A stretch of 34,050 bases of DNA. It comes from Octopus bimaculoides (lineage: Eukaryota). Position numbers and translations under genes: made by a program. Below are positions 1 through 9,905 of the stretch, one piece after another; the stretch's first letter is position 1, and each line of letters starts with the position of its first letter. Where the stretch lies: positions 108,511,981 to 108,546,030 of the forward strand of contig NC_068985.1 of the NCBI RefSeq assembly GCF_001194135.2, given 5' to 3'. The notes under the pieces are model-generated. The model did not search any database, was not told where the DNA came from, and saw only the letters and a program-made list of their open reading frames with translations.

Positions 1-211
1 CTGGCAGAATCATTACCGTCCTAGACAAAATCCCTTGACAGTATTTCGCCTGCCTTTAAGCTTTGAGTTCAAATTCCGCTGACGTCGACTTTGCTTTTCA
101 TCCTTTCGTGGCCGATACAACAAACACCAGTTAAGGACTGGGTTCGATGTAATCGACTTACTTACCCCTCCCCTGAAATTGCTGGCCCGGTACCAACATT
201 TTCAAACCATC
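1..211 (+). mobile_element. tRNA-derived SINE, family A (5' end cut by window edge), followed by compound (TTA)n/(TTG)n tail to ~310
   Basis: A-box-like CTGGCAGAATC, B-box GAGTTCAAATTCC, body GTCGACTTTGC..TCATCCTTTC, 3' CCCCTCCCC..GGCC..AAACCA; homologous to >10 other copies in the window. Confidence 0.85.
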
Positions 212-216
212 ATTAC

Positions 217-259
<43 letters not shown>

Positions 260-261
260 GC

Positions 262-310
<49 letters not shown>

Positions 311-329
311 AGTATCAGAGCTACAGATA

Positions 330-960
330 AAAGATGGAAGAGATTGATGAAAAGAGAGAGACAAAATGGGGCACAGGGAGAGAAAAGAGAGGAATAGAGT
401 GAACGAAGAGAGAAATAAGAAGGAGTGACAAAGAAAGGTCTAAGGGAAAAAGAAAGAAATAAAGATAAATGGTATTCAAGAAGAAAGGAAAAGAGAGTTG
501 GAAGACTGGGAAGAGAGAAAGAAAGTAAGAAAATAAAAGCGAAAATAACGCGGGTAATAGGAAGAGAAATTCTTATGAGTGACAGAAGGAAAGGTGGAAT
601 TAGAAAAGTGAAAGATAAAAGGAGAAATTAAAGAAAATAAAAAAGGAAGAAATGGAGTAAAACTGTCTCGGTGCAAAAGGAAAGATAGATAAGTAGTGAG
701 ATGGATAGATAGATAGATAGAGAGAGAGAGAGGGGGGAGAGAAAAAGGGAGAGAGTGAGTAAGAAAGATAGAGCGAATTGTGATTGAGAGAGAAAGAGAT
801 ATAGTGAGAAGAGGAAGAAAATATTAAACGAGAGAGGGGAGGAGAAAGATTAAGAGAAAAATAAGAACATGTGAAAGAAAAAGGGACGAGTCAAAAATGC
901 GTTAAGAATGAGAGGGAACCAATAAAATGTGAGGAGAAAGATTGATACAGAAACAGTGTG
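330..960 (+). repeat. Purine-rich (GA/AAG/GATA) low-complexity tract
   Basis: Almost only A/G on + strand, with (GATA)n and (GA)n cores. Confidence 0.8.
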
Positions 961-1294
961 AGAGGGTGAAAACGTGATAAATAAATTTACCTAACTAAAC
1001 CACATGTCACTAGACAAAGATTAAACTATCACGTGGTACCAATGAAACTAATAGCAACATTTATTGATTAAGCTCTTTTCTTTTTTCTTTTAAGCTGTAG
1101 AATTAAATTCTATTTTATCCGGCAGATAATTCTGAATAAACGATTATTAAGCAAGAAATCATTTAAAAAAATGACCATTAACCTCACATCTTGTGTGTTT
1201 AATTTGGTGTGGCTTTTCATTTCATATGTGTTCATGCATTTGGATCGGTAATACTTCCTCTTGAATTCAGGTGGTATCATGCCTATATGTTGAC

Positions 1295-1365
1295 CGAGCT
1301 GCACTGTATAGTGTTGTGATATAGCAACGATCAAAAGCGTTGCCACCATGACCATCCTGTCTTAC
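1295..1365 (-). mobile_element. Fragment of (AAC)n-tailed retroposon family C
   Basis: GATCAAAAGCGTTGCCACCATGACCATCCTGTC aligns by eye with the units at 4650-5420. Confidence 0.5.
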
Positions 1366-1390
1366 ATACAAAAGTAATGTATGTAGAGAT

Positions 1391-1493
1391 GCAGGCCTGG
1401 ATATGTCTTAAGAAGTTTACGCCCCAACCACATGGCTACGGGTTCTGTCTCACTGCGTAGCACCTTGAGGAAGTGCTTCCTACTATAGCCCCA
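1391..1493 (+). mobile_element. tRNA-derived CORE-like SINE, family B (degenerate)
   Basis: AAGAAGTTT..CCAACCACATGG..GGGTTC..CACTGCGT.GCACCTTGAGGAAGTG..CTACTATAGCC; same layout as copies at 7070, 26893, 33455. Confidence 0.75.
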
Positions 1494-1537
1494 GAAGATA
1501 ATACCGTTTATTTTGTAAATAAAGGATGCTGTACAAT

Positions 1538-1719
1538 CTTCTATACAACAGGCACAAAGCCAGAAATTTACTGGAAGAGAGATAGTCGATCACATCGGCT
1601 CAGGTACACAACTTGTATGTGCTTCATCGACCCCAAAAGGATAAGCAAAGTTGACCTCGGCGTAATTTGAATACGAAAGGTGAAGACGCATGAGTTAACG
1701 GTTCTGCCAGCTTCCCGCC
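1538..1719 (-). mobile_element. SINE family A, internally deleted
   Basis: Reverse complement carries head GGCGGGAAGCTGGCAGAA and body CCGAGGTCAACTTTGC..ATCCTTTTGGGGTCGAT. Confidence 0.75.
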
Positions 1720-2018
1720 TTAAAAGTGTGCTGTAAAATAAACATCCCTACTGATATATAACAATACTGAATCGGACACAAAATAGTATTCAATATTTTG
1801 ATGTCTTTTGAAATGTGCAGAAAAAAAAATCCTCTTATATATAAAATAACATCCCTTGAATGTATCTGAATCTGCCAACATGCGCATGTGAGTGCATGCA
1901 TGTGTGTATGTATATATGTATATGTATATGTATATATATATATATGTGTGTATATAAGTATGTATATATACATGTATATATATATACACACATATATATG
2001 TATATATTTTTTACAGGG

Positions 2019-2056
<38 letters not shown>

Positions 2057-2313
2057 NNNNNNNNNNNNNNNNNNNNNNNNNNNNNNNNNNNNNNNNNNNN
2101 NNNNNNNNNNNNNNNNNNNNNNNNNNNNNNNNNNNNNNNNNNNNNNNNNNNNNNNNNNNNNNNNNNNNNNNNNNNNNNNNNNNNNNNNNNNNNNNNNNNN
2201 NNNNNNNNNNNNNNNNNNNNNNNNNNNNNNNNNNNNNNNNNNNNNNNNNNNNNNNNNNNNNNNNNNNNNNNNNNNNNNNNNNNNNNNNNNNNNNNNNNNN
2301 NNNNNNNNNNNNN

Positions 2314-2341
<28 letters not shown>

Positions 2342-2345
<4 letters not shown>

Positions 2346-2520
2346 CTCCCAGATGGATTTAGTACTTAATTCTTCATGCAAGGGGTTTTACAGGGTATTA
2401 TTTATAGATTCTTCTCACTGTGGCATACTTGATACACGGTGCCTCACGTAGCGAGACATCACACCCCTCATATACACAGTGTTTCGATGCGGTCAGTGCC
2501 GCTTCTCGTCTGCAAGAAGG
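2342..2520 (-). mobile_element. Short pLTR-like/non-autonomous unit carrying a hammerhead-like motif and ending in (TA)n
   Basis: Hammerhead-shaped motif at 2465-2520 followed on - strand by ~120 nt of unique sequence that runs into a (TA)n array. Confidence 0.45.
2465..2520 (-). ncRNA. Candidate type I hammerhead ribozyme (variant, U4->A)
   Basis: - strand RNA: CCUUCUUG CAGACGA GAAGCGG-CACUGA-CCGCAUC GAA ACAC-U-GUGU A UAUGAGGG. Stem I pairs 7/8 (with G.U), stem II 6/7, stem III ACAC/GUGU, GUA cleavage triplet. Confidence 0.55.
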
Positions 2521-2603
2521 ATATATAGACAGATACATGGATCTGTATATACATGGATCTGTATATACATACATACATACGTACATACATTCATATATGT
2601 GTC

Positions 2604-2639
<36 letters not shown>

Positions 2640-3459
2640 AGTGTGCGTGCGCGCGTGTGTGTATGTATGTATACACACACACACACACACATATATTCAT
2701 ATTTATGTGTAACAGATTAAGTAGCATCAATTATGTAACTTACACGGATTACGAAACTGATGTCAATTAATAAAGATATGGTTCGCCCAGATGCTATAGA
2801 AAACAACATTTATTTAAGATGAGCCACAGGGACATCGAAGATAGGAATGGACCTTGTGGTTGTGAAACGAACTTCTTAAACTTCTTTCCATCTTGGTCTC
2901 ATATGCATATAAATATATGTATANNNNNNNNNNNNNNNNNNNNNNNNNNNNNNNNNNNNNNNNNNNNNNNNNNNNNNNNNNNNNNNNNNNNNNNNNNNNN
3001 NNNNNNNNNNNNNNNNNNNNNNNNNNNNNNNNNNNNNNNNNNNNNNNNNNNNNNNNNNNNNNNNNNNNNNNNNNNNNNNNNNNNNNNNNNNNNNNNNNNN
3101 NNNNNNNNNNNNNNNNNNNNNNNNNNNNNNNNNNNNNNNNNNNAATAGCATTAGACGTCTTTTTCAATACGGCAGACGATATATTCGGCCATTTTGAAAG
3201 CTTGAACTTTCATTCATTTCTGTTCTGCTTCAACTGGGATTTTATTGAGAATAAATGAAAGAAAAGACAAACCTAATGGAATATAACGCACGAGTCGTCT
3301 GCAGACATATCAATGATGCATATCTTATGATTTGAAGATTGCTTTATTAATGTCCCTCTTATACACAACATATGTATAATCTACCGTTAATATATTATAC
3401 TGGATATACAATTTAATGCGCGTGCTTGTCTGCATTAATATGAAAAGTTTGTGGGATAG

Positions 3460-3481
3460 TACGTGTGCGTGTGTGCATGTG

Positions 3482-3519
<38 letters not shown>

Positions 3520-4034
3520 TATGTGATTTTAGCAACATGAATATAATTGTTTGTGTATGCGTGTGTGATTGCGCGAATATGAGTTTTTGTGTTTATGTAT
3601 ATGTGACTGCATGAATGCGAGCATTGGTGGCCTGTGTGTTCATGTGTGTATGTGCGTGTGCATATGCGTATATGCACGCATGTGCAAGTACATATTTGCG
3701 TCGACGTGTGTGTGTGTGCTCGTGCGTGTAAATTTGAATTCTTTTATCCCTTTTCTTATGAAACGCACATTCATGCGTGCACACACATTACTCATATATA
3801 TGATGGTAGGTTTTGTAGTAAAGTTCGCATAAATGTTCTGGTATAAACACACATCCTCAAACACATATACATACACATACACAAACACATACACATACTA
3901 CGTACACATACACACATATATGTACAGATATGTATTCATGTAGCTATATGTGTGTGTATATATATATATAAATATACACATACATACATATACATATATA
4001 CACACACATACACACATACACAAACACACACACA

Positions 4035-4065
<31 letters not shown>

Positions 4066-4066
4066 T
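3460..4066. repeat. Degenerate (GT)n/(CA)n/(TACA)n microsatellite field
   Basis: Direct inspection. Confidence 0.85.
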
Positions 4067-4629
4067 CTAACTTACATTCAACAGTAAAAAACGGCAGTCA
4101 CCATTAGTATACATCAACATCGTTATTCATACTAGTTATTCTTTTCCCTCATTAATATGAAAGTTACACTCTTCCTTTTATAGATTTTATCGATCATGTC
4201 GATTTGTTAATGATTTTTTTTTCTTCTTAAAATGCAAACTTATTATTATATTGATTTATCCACTTATCAGTGTATATACCCCCTCTTTAAGTAATGATAA
4301 TGACGTAGGGAATAAGATATTTAAAGTTGGAAAAGTAAAACAAAAAAATCATTGATAGAAAATTAAATCTATTTTACAGATATAAATCAAAAGTTGCAGT
4401 TATTAAGTCAATATATGCCACTAAATATTTAGTAATTTATTTAAAGTTCTAAAATCGATTGACGCTCACTATCAAATGTTAGGCGACTCCTGCTGACCTT
4501 CAGTTGGGTTTAGGTATATCCATATTCCCAGGTTTGTTTCTATTACCTAGACTTTAGCAGACTTTAACGAATTTTCTCCCTAGCAATCAGACCTGATGGT
4601 TCCCCACTTGCTCTTATATTGTTGAAACA

Positions 4630-5420
4630 GCTTGTTGTTTGTTTGTTTGTTTGTTTGTTTGTTGTTGCTGTTGTTGTTTAGCTCCAAGAACACCGCTTAT
4701 CAAGACAAGCCTATGATTAAAGACATTGCGGTTGGGAACATCCTGTCGGTTTCATTTTGCCACAAGTAATTTTCACTTTATTGTAGAAGATGCTCTCGCG
4801 CCTTAGACATAGCTGAGAGAATTTCGTTGGTGTTGTTGTTGTTGGTGGTGGTTGTGGTGGTAGTATTGCTGCTGCTGTTGTTGTTTAGTTTCAAGATCGG
4901 TCCTGATCGATCTTGGCCCTGACTGAATAACTTATGATTAAACGTATTCCATCTGTGACTATTATATAAGTGGTTCATTTTGTCCCAAGGAATCGAACTA
5001 GAGAGCTTCCTCTCTGTCCTGATATCGTCAAGACAGTTTGTTGTGGTTACTAGTGTTGCTATTGTTATTGGTTAGCCTCAATACCATCTCTAATCCAGCA
5101 AATCGATGGGAAAATGCATTCCAACCATGACAATCACGTCAGTGGGGTTCACTTTGTCCTAAGCAATTGGATCAGAAAGTTCCTTCTCTGTTCAAGCATT
5201 ATTTAGTTTGCTGTTGCCGTTGTTATTATAATCATTGTTGTATAACCCAAAGGTTGCCCATTATCCAGCGAGCCAATGATTAAATGCATTCCATCCGTGA
5301 TCGACCTGTCAGTTTTGTTTACTTAGGCTCAAACAATCAGATCAGTCAATAGCCTTGCTTTACCGTAATTGTTTAGCCTGAAGTTAACTTGATCAGACAA
5401 TATGTTACCAAAAACTTCGA
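4630..5420 (-). mobile_element. Cluster of 5-6 degenerate 3' ends of an (AAC)n-tailed retroposon (family C)
   Basis: Repeating + strand unit (TTG)n-TTTAG..-TGAT[T/C]AAA..CATTCC..[C/G]TGA at ~4661, 4860, 5050, 5215, partials at 5315 and 5368; homologous to the + strand copy at 28400-28625. Confidence 0.6.
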
Positions 5421-5739
5421 AGCCAAAGTCATTATTATACATTTTTACTTGTACACACACACACACACACACACACGCATATATATGTGTGTGTGTGGCA
5501 TGGATAACGGACGTGAAATGATGATGATAATGATGATGTGTATGTGAAAGTGTATGTATATATGTATATCTCTCTTTATATGAACAAACATTATGAAATC
5601 TAAGTCGTTTTCAGTATGTGAATGGTCACCTATTACAGAAGCAGATACTGAGCAAGATATCCTCTTATATGTGTGAGATGGCCACAACATGCACAGCATA
5701 ATGTGAAGTAAACAACTAAACTTATAATGTATAAAGCAG

Positions 5740-5824
5740 TTCTTGTACTCAGTATCAATCTTCATGTTTTATATTGAAATCATGAGTACTCTAAATCCGC
5801 TTCGATTGATACTGAGTACAAGAA
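5740..5824. repeat. Perfect 21-bp inverted repeat with 43-nt spacer
   Basis: TTCTTGTACTCAGTATCAATC (5740-5760) is the exact reverse complement of GATTGATACTGAGTACAAGAA (5804-5824). Confidence 0.95.
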
Positions 5825-6306
5825 GGGATGAAATGGGACCGTATCGTGCGAATAAAGACCTCCCAGGTGAATAGAAAAGATGTATACTTGAATGTGCAAA
5901 GGAAGCGGTTAAATATATATTTAACGGAAATCTGTAAAAGTTACATCTTTGTAATAGAAATCGTTCAAGAATAACCACCAACAACGGCCTCACATCATTT
6001 ACAATGCTGGCCAATTATTTTTTATTTTAACAGTGCACGAACCTCAGAACTCAGTGATACTAACCGTCGTTGAAAGCAACACAAAGTAATTGATATGAGC
6101 CTTTAAAGACACTGTCGTGTCTGCTACCAGACTTATGGACTTTGCATTGAGCTGCATAGACATCTGCAAACTCACTGAAGTTAAATCTGGTGCAGAATCA
6201 TCTGCGGTTCCGATGATTGTGTGCGCATGAATGCGTATGTGTGCATGTGTAAGTGTATATATATATGTATGATATGTATGTATGTATGCATGTATGTATG
6301 TATGTA

Positions 6307-6346
<40 letters not shown>

Positions 6347-7069
6347 TATGCGTGTATGTTTGTGTAAATATATATGCACATATATCTATGTATACACACA
6401 CACACACACACACACACGCATATATATAAGAATAAAAGAAACATATATATCATACAATGGCTAACACACTCTTTCCCATTTCACCACTTCTGCCACACCA
6501 TCTTCTTTTAACGGAAATAACCAAGCTGTTTATTCTACACAAACTACCCCGCCCTAAATCCACTGAATATACCCACATTTTCTTTTTCCCATCCTCCTCT
6601 TACTGCGCATCCTTCTTTATCACAAAGTACTTTGTCCAATCTTTTTCCCACCAGGACAACAGTTCCACAAATATTCCTACTACGCCCATAATTTTCTTAC
6701 AGGCGTCAAACTACTGACGTACGAGCTAAACATCAATCGTTCGATCGATCTCCCCAATCAAAGAGGTTCTAGACAGGTCATGCCTACTAATCTCTCATCT
6801 AATTAAAAAAAAAAAAGAAACTAAATAAACAGGAGCTTGATTCTCAGTGAAATGGTTTTCCTCATTTCATTTAGAAGTGAATTTATACGAAATATAAATG
6901 ATAGTAGTGTGGATATTATCACCATCTAAGAGATATTCAAACAATTTTCTAGTAAATGCGATGTATTGTTATATAAATTACGCTGTGCGTACAAACTGAA
7001 AGGCAAATAGCATAGAAACATATGCAGAATATGAAATGCATTTTTTAACATTACAAATGAATATGTTTC

Positions 7070-7228
7070 CCGTGGCTGAGTGGTAAGAATTTTGTTTTCC
7101 TACCACATGGTTCCAGTTTCCGTTCCACTGCGTGCCCTCTTGCCCAAGTGTCTTCTAATTTAGCCCCTCAGCCGACAAATGCCTTATGAGTGGATCTGGT
7201 GGACAGAAACTGATACAAGCCAGTCGAT
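7070..7228 (+). mobile_element. SINE family B
   Basis: CGTGGCTGAGTGGTAAGAA A-box, CCACTGCGTG..TTGCCCAAGTGTCTTCTA core-like segment, GCCTT.TGAGTGGAT.TGGT.GAC.GAAACTGA tail. Confidence 0.8.
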
Positions 7229-7245
7229 GTACGTAGTACCTATAT

Positions 7246-7306
<61 letters not shown>

Positions 7307-7316
7307 NNNNNNNNNN

Positions 7317-7352
<36 letters not shown>

Positions 7353-7355
<3 letters not shown>

Positions 7356-7530
7356 GAGAATATACAAAAAAATAACAACAGACGAGGACAGGTGGTGTAA
7401 ATAACAAAAGTATATATTAGTATGACGCTCGGGAATACGGAAAGTCTTTGACGTTTCGAGCTACGCTCTTCAACAGAAAGAATACGGAGACAAGGAGAAA
7501 AACACGGAGAAAAAAAAATTGAATAGTGTT
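7353..7530 (-). mobile_element. Penelope-type pseudo-LTR-like unit with minimal hammerhead, ending in (TA)n
   Basis: Pyrimidine-rich unit containing the motif at 7445-7481; its 3' end (- strand) abuts the (TA)n array at 7317-7352. Confidence 0.6.
7445..7481 (-). ncRNA. Candidate minimal type I hammerhead ribozyme (PLE-type)
   Basis: - strand RNA: UCUUU CUGUUGAA GAGC-GUA-GCUC GAA AC-GU C AAAGA. Perfect 5-bp stem I, 4-bp stem II, palindromic ACGU stem III, GUC site; A6->U departs from CUGANGA. Confidence 0.7.
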
Positions 7531-7779
7531 CAGTCAACGGTCAATCATAATATATATGTTCACACACACGTACCCACACACATGCACACATACACACGCG
7601 CGTGTATATAGATAGGGAGATTGATAGATAAATAGATAGCTACAAATCCAATATAGGTAGAATCACCAAAAAACGTACTCCATCCAGTGAGTGATAACTA
7701 TCGTATCAATTAATACACAACCGAAAGAGCTACTAATAGTTTTAGATACTTTAACAAGGCATATTTATATTTAAGATGC

Positions 7780-9007
7780 GTCATGTATCTCGAAACAGTC
7801 TTTCTGGCTCTGATTTTGCGTTATATATATTTTTAAAAAGCAAGGACGCTGGACAGTGAGAAAATAAGAAAAGAAGTGTAAAAAGTGAAGAAGGTTGATG
7901 TAAAAAATTGAAGGAGATGAAAAAAACGAAATATATAAAAAGAAAACTAAGATCCACGCCTTCCCTACTTTCAGAAACCACATTACATACAGCTGGTGTA
8001 GAAAAAATTAACAGAAAATATGTCAAAGTCTACGATACAGTAAGTCAATCCGGAGCGGTTGGTGCACCTCAATTCGATAAAAATAATCTGTCCGAGTGTT
8101 TACACCTACTAAAAATATCAGATCTGATATTAAGCAGTGTGTTGGAATTGTCGGATCTTTTTACTTCGCTTAAGTTGTATTTCTTAGATACATTAACATA
8201 TAGCTTAGATTTCTTCACGATTCTCCACTTAATTGTATGTGATGTGGAGCTGGTCTTCAAATTCTATACGTTGCTTGCCCGGAAAGTAGACAGTTGGTTT
8301 ACATAACATTTTCTGACTTCGACTTCACATAACCCGATGCAATTCTTTTCAATTGATTTATCATGAAACGTTGCTCTTACTTCTATCTCGTATATAACGG
8401 AATTTATCATACACGCCTGGTCAAGTGGGGAAACTATAGAATCTCGATAGTTACAGTTGGGAGTGGGCTCCAGGTGACTTTCATATTGAGGCAGCACTTG
8501 TATGATTTTTAATTGAGCGTCTATTAAAAATGTTCCTGCATTTATGATTTATTGAGAAATATTTAAATGAGACAGAAATTTCATACCTACGTTAGTCTTA
8601 ACATTTAGGGAGAAAGGAGGGGCAAACCAATTTGTTTTCCTATGTCCATTTTTAGGACTATTTTCACGATTCATATTTTTAATTGCAGAGTTGTAATATA
8701 TCTTATCTTTGAAGCCGCTGTTAGCTAGGGCATTGTTATAGCAGAGGAGCTGCCTTATGAAATATCTGGTTAGAAGATAGATTTGATATCCTATTATTAA
8801 TGCTAGCTATCAGATTTTTAAATATTATAGTAGGTGTAACTGGACTATTTATGTATGAGAGCTTCTCACTTGGTTTATGGTACAGTTTATAAGAGCGGGA
8901 GTTTAAATCTAGAGATAGAAGTAAAAATCAACTTTTGACAGATAAGTAGTAACAGTGATTTTGTGACTAAAGTTATCAATTAGTTTTTTCCTAAATTCAT
9001 CAAGAGT
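7780..9007 (-). mobile_element. Penelope-like retroelement remnant (Naiad-type), 5'-truncated, with 3' UTR
   Basis: Frameshifted - strand translation (see the pseudogene entry) plus ~290 nt of T-rich 3' flank; cut at ~9007 by a SINE cluster. Confidence 0.8.
8069..9005 (-). pseudogene. Decayed PLE reverse transcriptase C-terminus/thumb + GIY-YIG endonuclease
   Basis: Pieces read: DEFRKKLIDNFSHKITVTTYLSKVDF / LDLNSRSYKLYHKPSEKLSYIN..INNRISNLSSN / YNNALANSGF..WFAPPFSLNVKTNVGMKFL / HKCRNIFNR / CNYRDSIVSPLDQACMINSVIY..CIGLCE..STFR / HTIKWRIVKKSKLY..LLNIRSDIFSRCKH. These match my recollection of PLE motifs WFNPPFS.NVKTN.G, CNC..CPL...C, VIY-YIG and KCRH. Confidence 0.85.
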
Positions 9008-9152
9008 ACTTCGTCCGTCTTTACGTTCTGAGTTCAAATGCCACCGCCTTTGGGGGTCGATAAAATAAGTACCAATTGAACATTGGAGTTCTATGTAATC
9101 CATTTACCTCCTGCCCCAAACTTGGTGGCTTGTGCCAAAATTTGAAACCAAT
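9008..9152 (+). mobile_element. SINE family A, headless
   Basis: TTCGTCCGTCTTTACGTTCTGAGTTCAAAT..GGGGTCGATAAAATAAGTACC..CTTGTGCCAAAATTTGAAACCAAT. Confidence 0.85.
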
Positions 9153-9158
9153 ATTTAA

Positions 9159-9232
9159 GGCGGCTAGCTGGCAGAATCGTTAGCGTGCCGGGCAAAATAC
9201 TGGCCTTGTGTCAAAATTTGAAAACAATATTA
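9159..9232 (+). mobile_element. SINE family A mini-copy (head fused directly to tail)
   Basis: GGCGGCTAGCTGGCAGAATCGTTAGCGTGCCGGGCAAAAT joined to GGCCTTGTGTCAAAATTTGAAAACAAT; B-box and body absent. Confidence 0.8.
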
Positions 9233-9242
9233 ATCATGCTAA

Positions 9243-9466
9243 AGGCAGCAAGCTGGCAGAATCGTTAGCACGATTTTCTAAATGCTTCGTGGCATTTCGT
9301 CCGTCTTTACGTTTTAAGTTCAAAAGTCGCCGAAGTCGACTTTGGTTTCTATCCTTTCAAATATCAATAAAATAAGTACCAGTTGAGTACTGAGGTCAAT
9401 GTAATTGACGTATCGCTCCACCCCACCGACCTGACTGTCCTTGTGCCAAAATTTGAAACCAATATT
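9243..9466 (+). mobile_element. SINE family A, near full length
   Basis: Head, B-box-like AAGTTCAAA, body and TTGTGCCAAAATTTGAAACCAAT tail all present. Confidence 0.85.
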
Positions 9467-9473
9467 AGTCATG

Positions 9474-9780
9474 GGGTTCCGTATTCGGTATCACTGGGGG
9501 CTTCCTTGGGAAAAAGCCTTCTACTCTAATCATGCCTGACCAATTCCTTCTGAATAGAATTTCGTTGACAGAAATCGTGATCAAGTCTGCTCCATCTTTA
9601 TCCTTATGTTGATATAGACTGGTCAAATCCTCAGCTTTGTTTATGTTACATTTCTTTATTCTTTGTAACGTTGTAATTCGACAAACAGAGTGCGATAAAA
9701 TAAGTAGGGCGACAATGTGATCGACTAAAAGACCTGAAGTTGGTACCCCAGCATGGCTGCAATCCAGTTAAAGAATGAAA
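9474..9780 (+). mobile_element. Degenerate long-form family B SINE with CCAGCATGGC tail
   Basis: GGTTCCG..CACTG..CCTTGGG..CTTCTACT core then GATAAAATAAGTA..GATCGACTAAA..CCAGCATGGC.GCA tail resembling 13868-13958. Confidence 0.5.
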
Positions 9781-9905
9781 GATGGCATAGTTGCGTTTCG
9801 TAGCCACGTGGCTGCAGATTCAGTCCTCTTGCGTGAGACTTCAGGAAAGTATTTTCTACTATAAACCCGGGTCGATCAACACTTTGTGAGTGAATTTGGA
9901 TGACA
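9781..9905 (+). mobile_element. SINE family B (degenerate)
   Basis: CCACGTGG..ATTCAGTCC..TTTTCTACTATA..GGGTCGA..TTGTGAGTGAATTTGG. Confidence 0.65.

Noticed and set aside
5769-6014. - strand ORF with LLVVILERFL resembling a GPCR TM3/ERF motif
   Set aside because: No other helices or family motifs, no convincing splice sites, and it overlaps the inverted repeat.
6034-6230. Protein-like + strand reading after a strong acceptor (HEPQNSVILTVVESNTK*LI*AFKDTVVSATRLMDF...)
   Set aside because: Two in-frame stops and no recognisable family; could be an unidentified fossil but is not supportable.
7768-7812. + strand hammerhead-like remnant TTAAGATGC-GTCAT-GTATCTCGAAACAGTC at the distal end of the PLE
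   Set aside because: No CUGANGA box and no stem I; antisense to the PLE ORF. At best a dead fragment.
8264-8497. Selenocysteine recoding in the Naiad-type element
   Set aside because: Cys positions in the knuckle are TGT, TAT and TCC, not TGA; no SECIS recognised.
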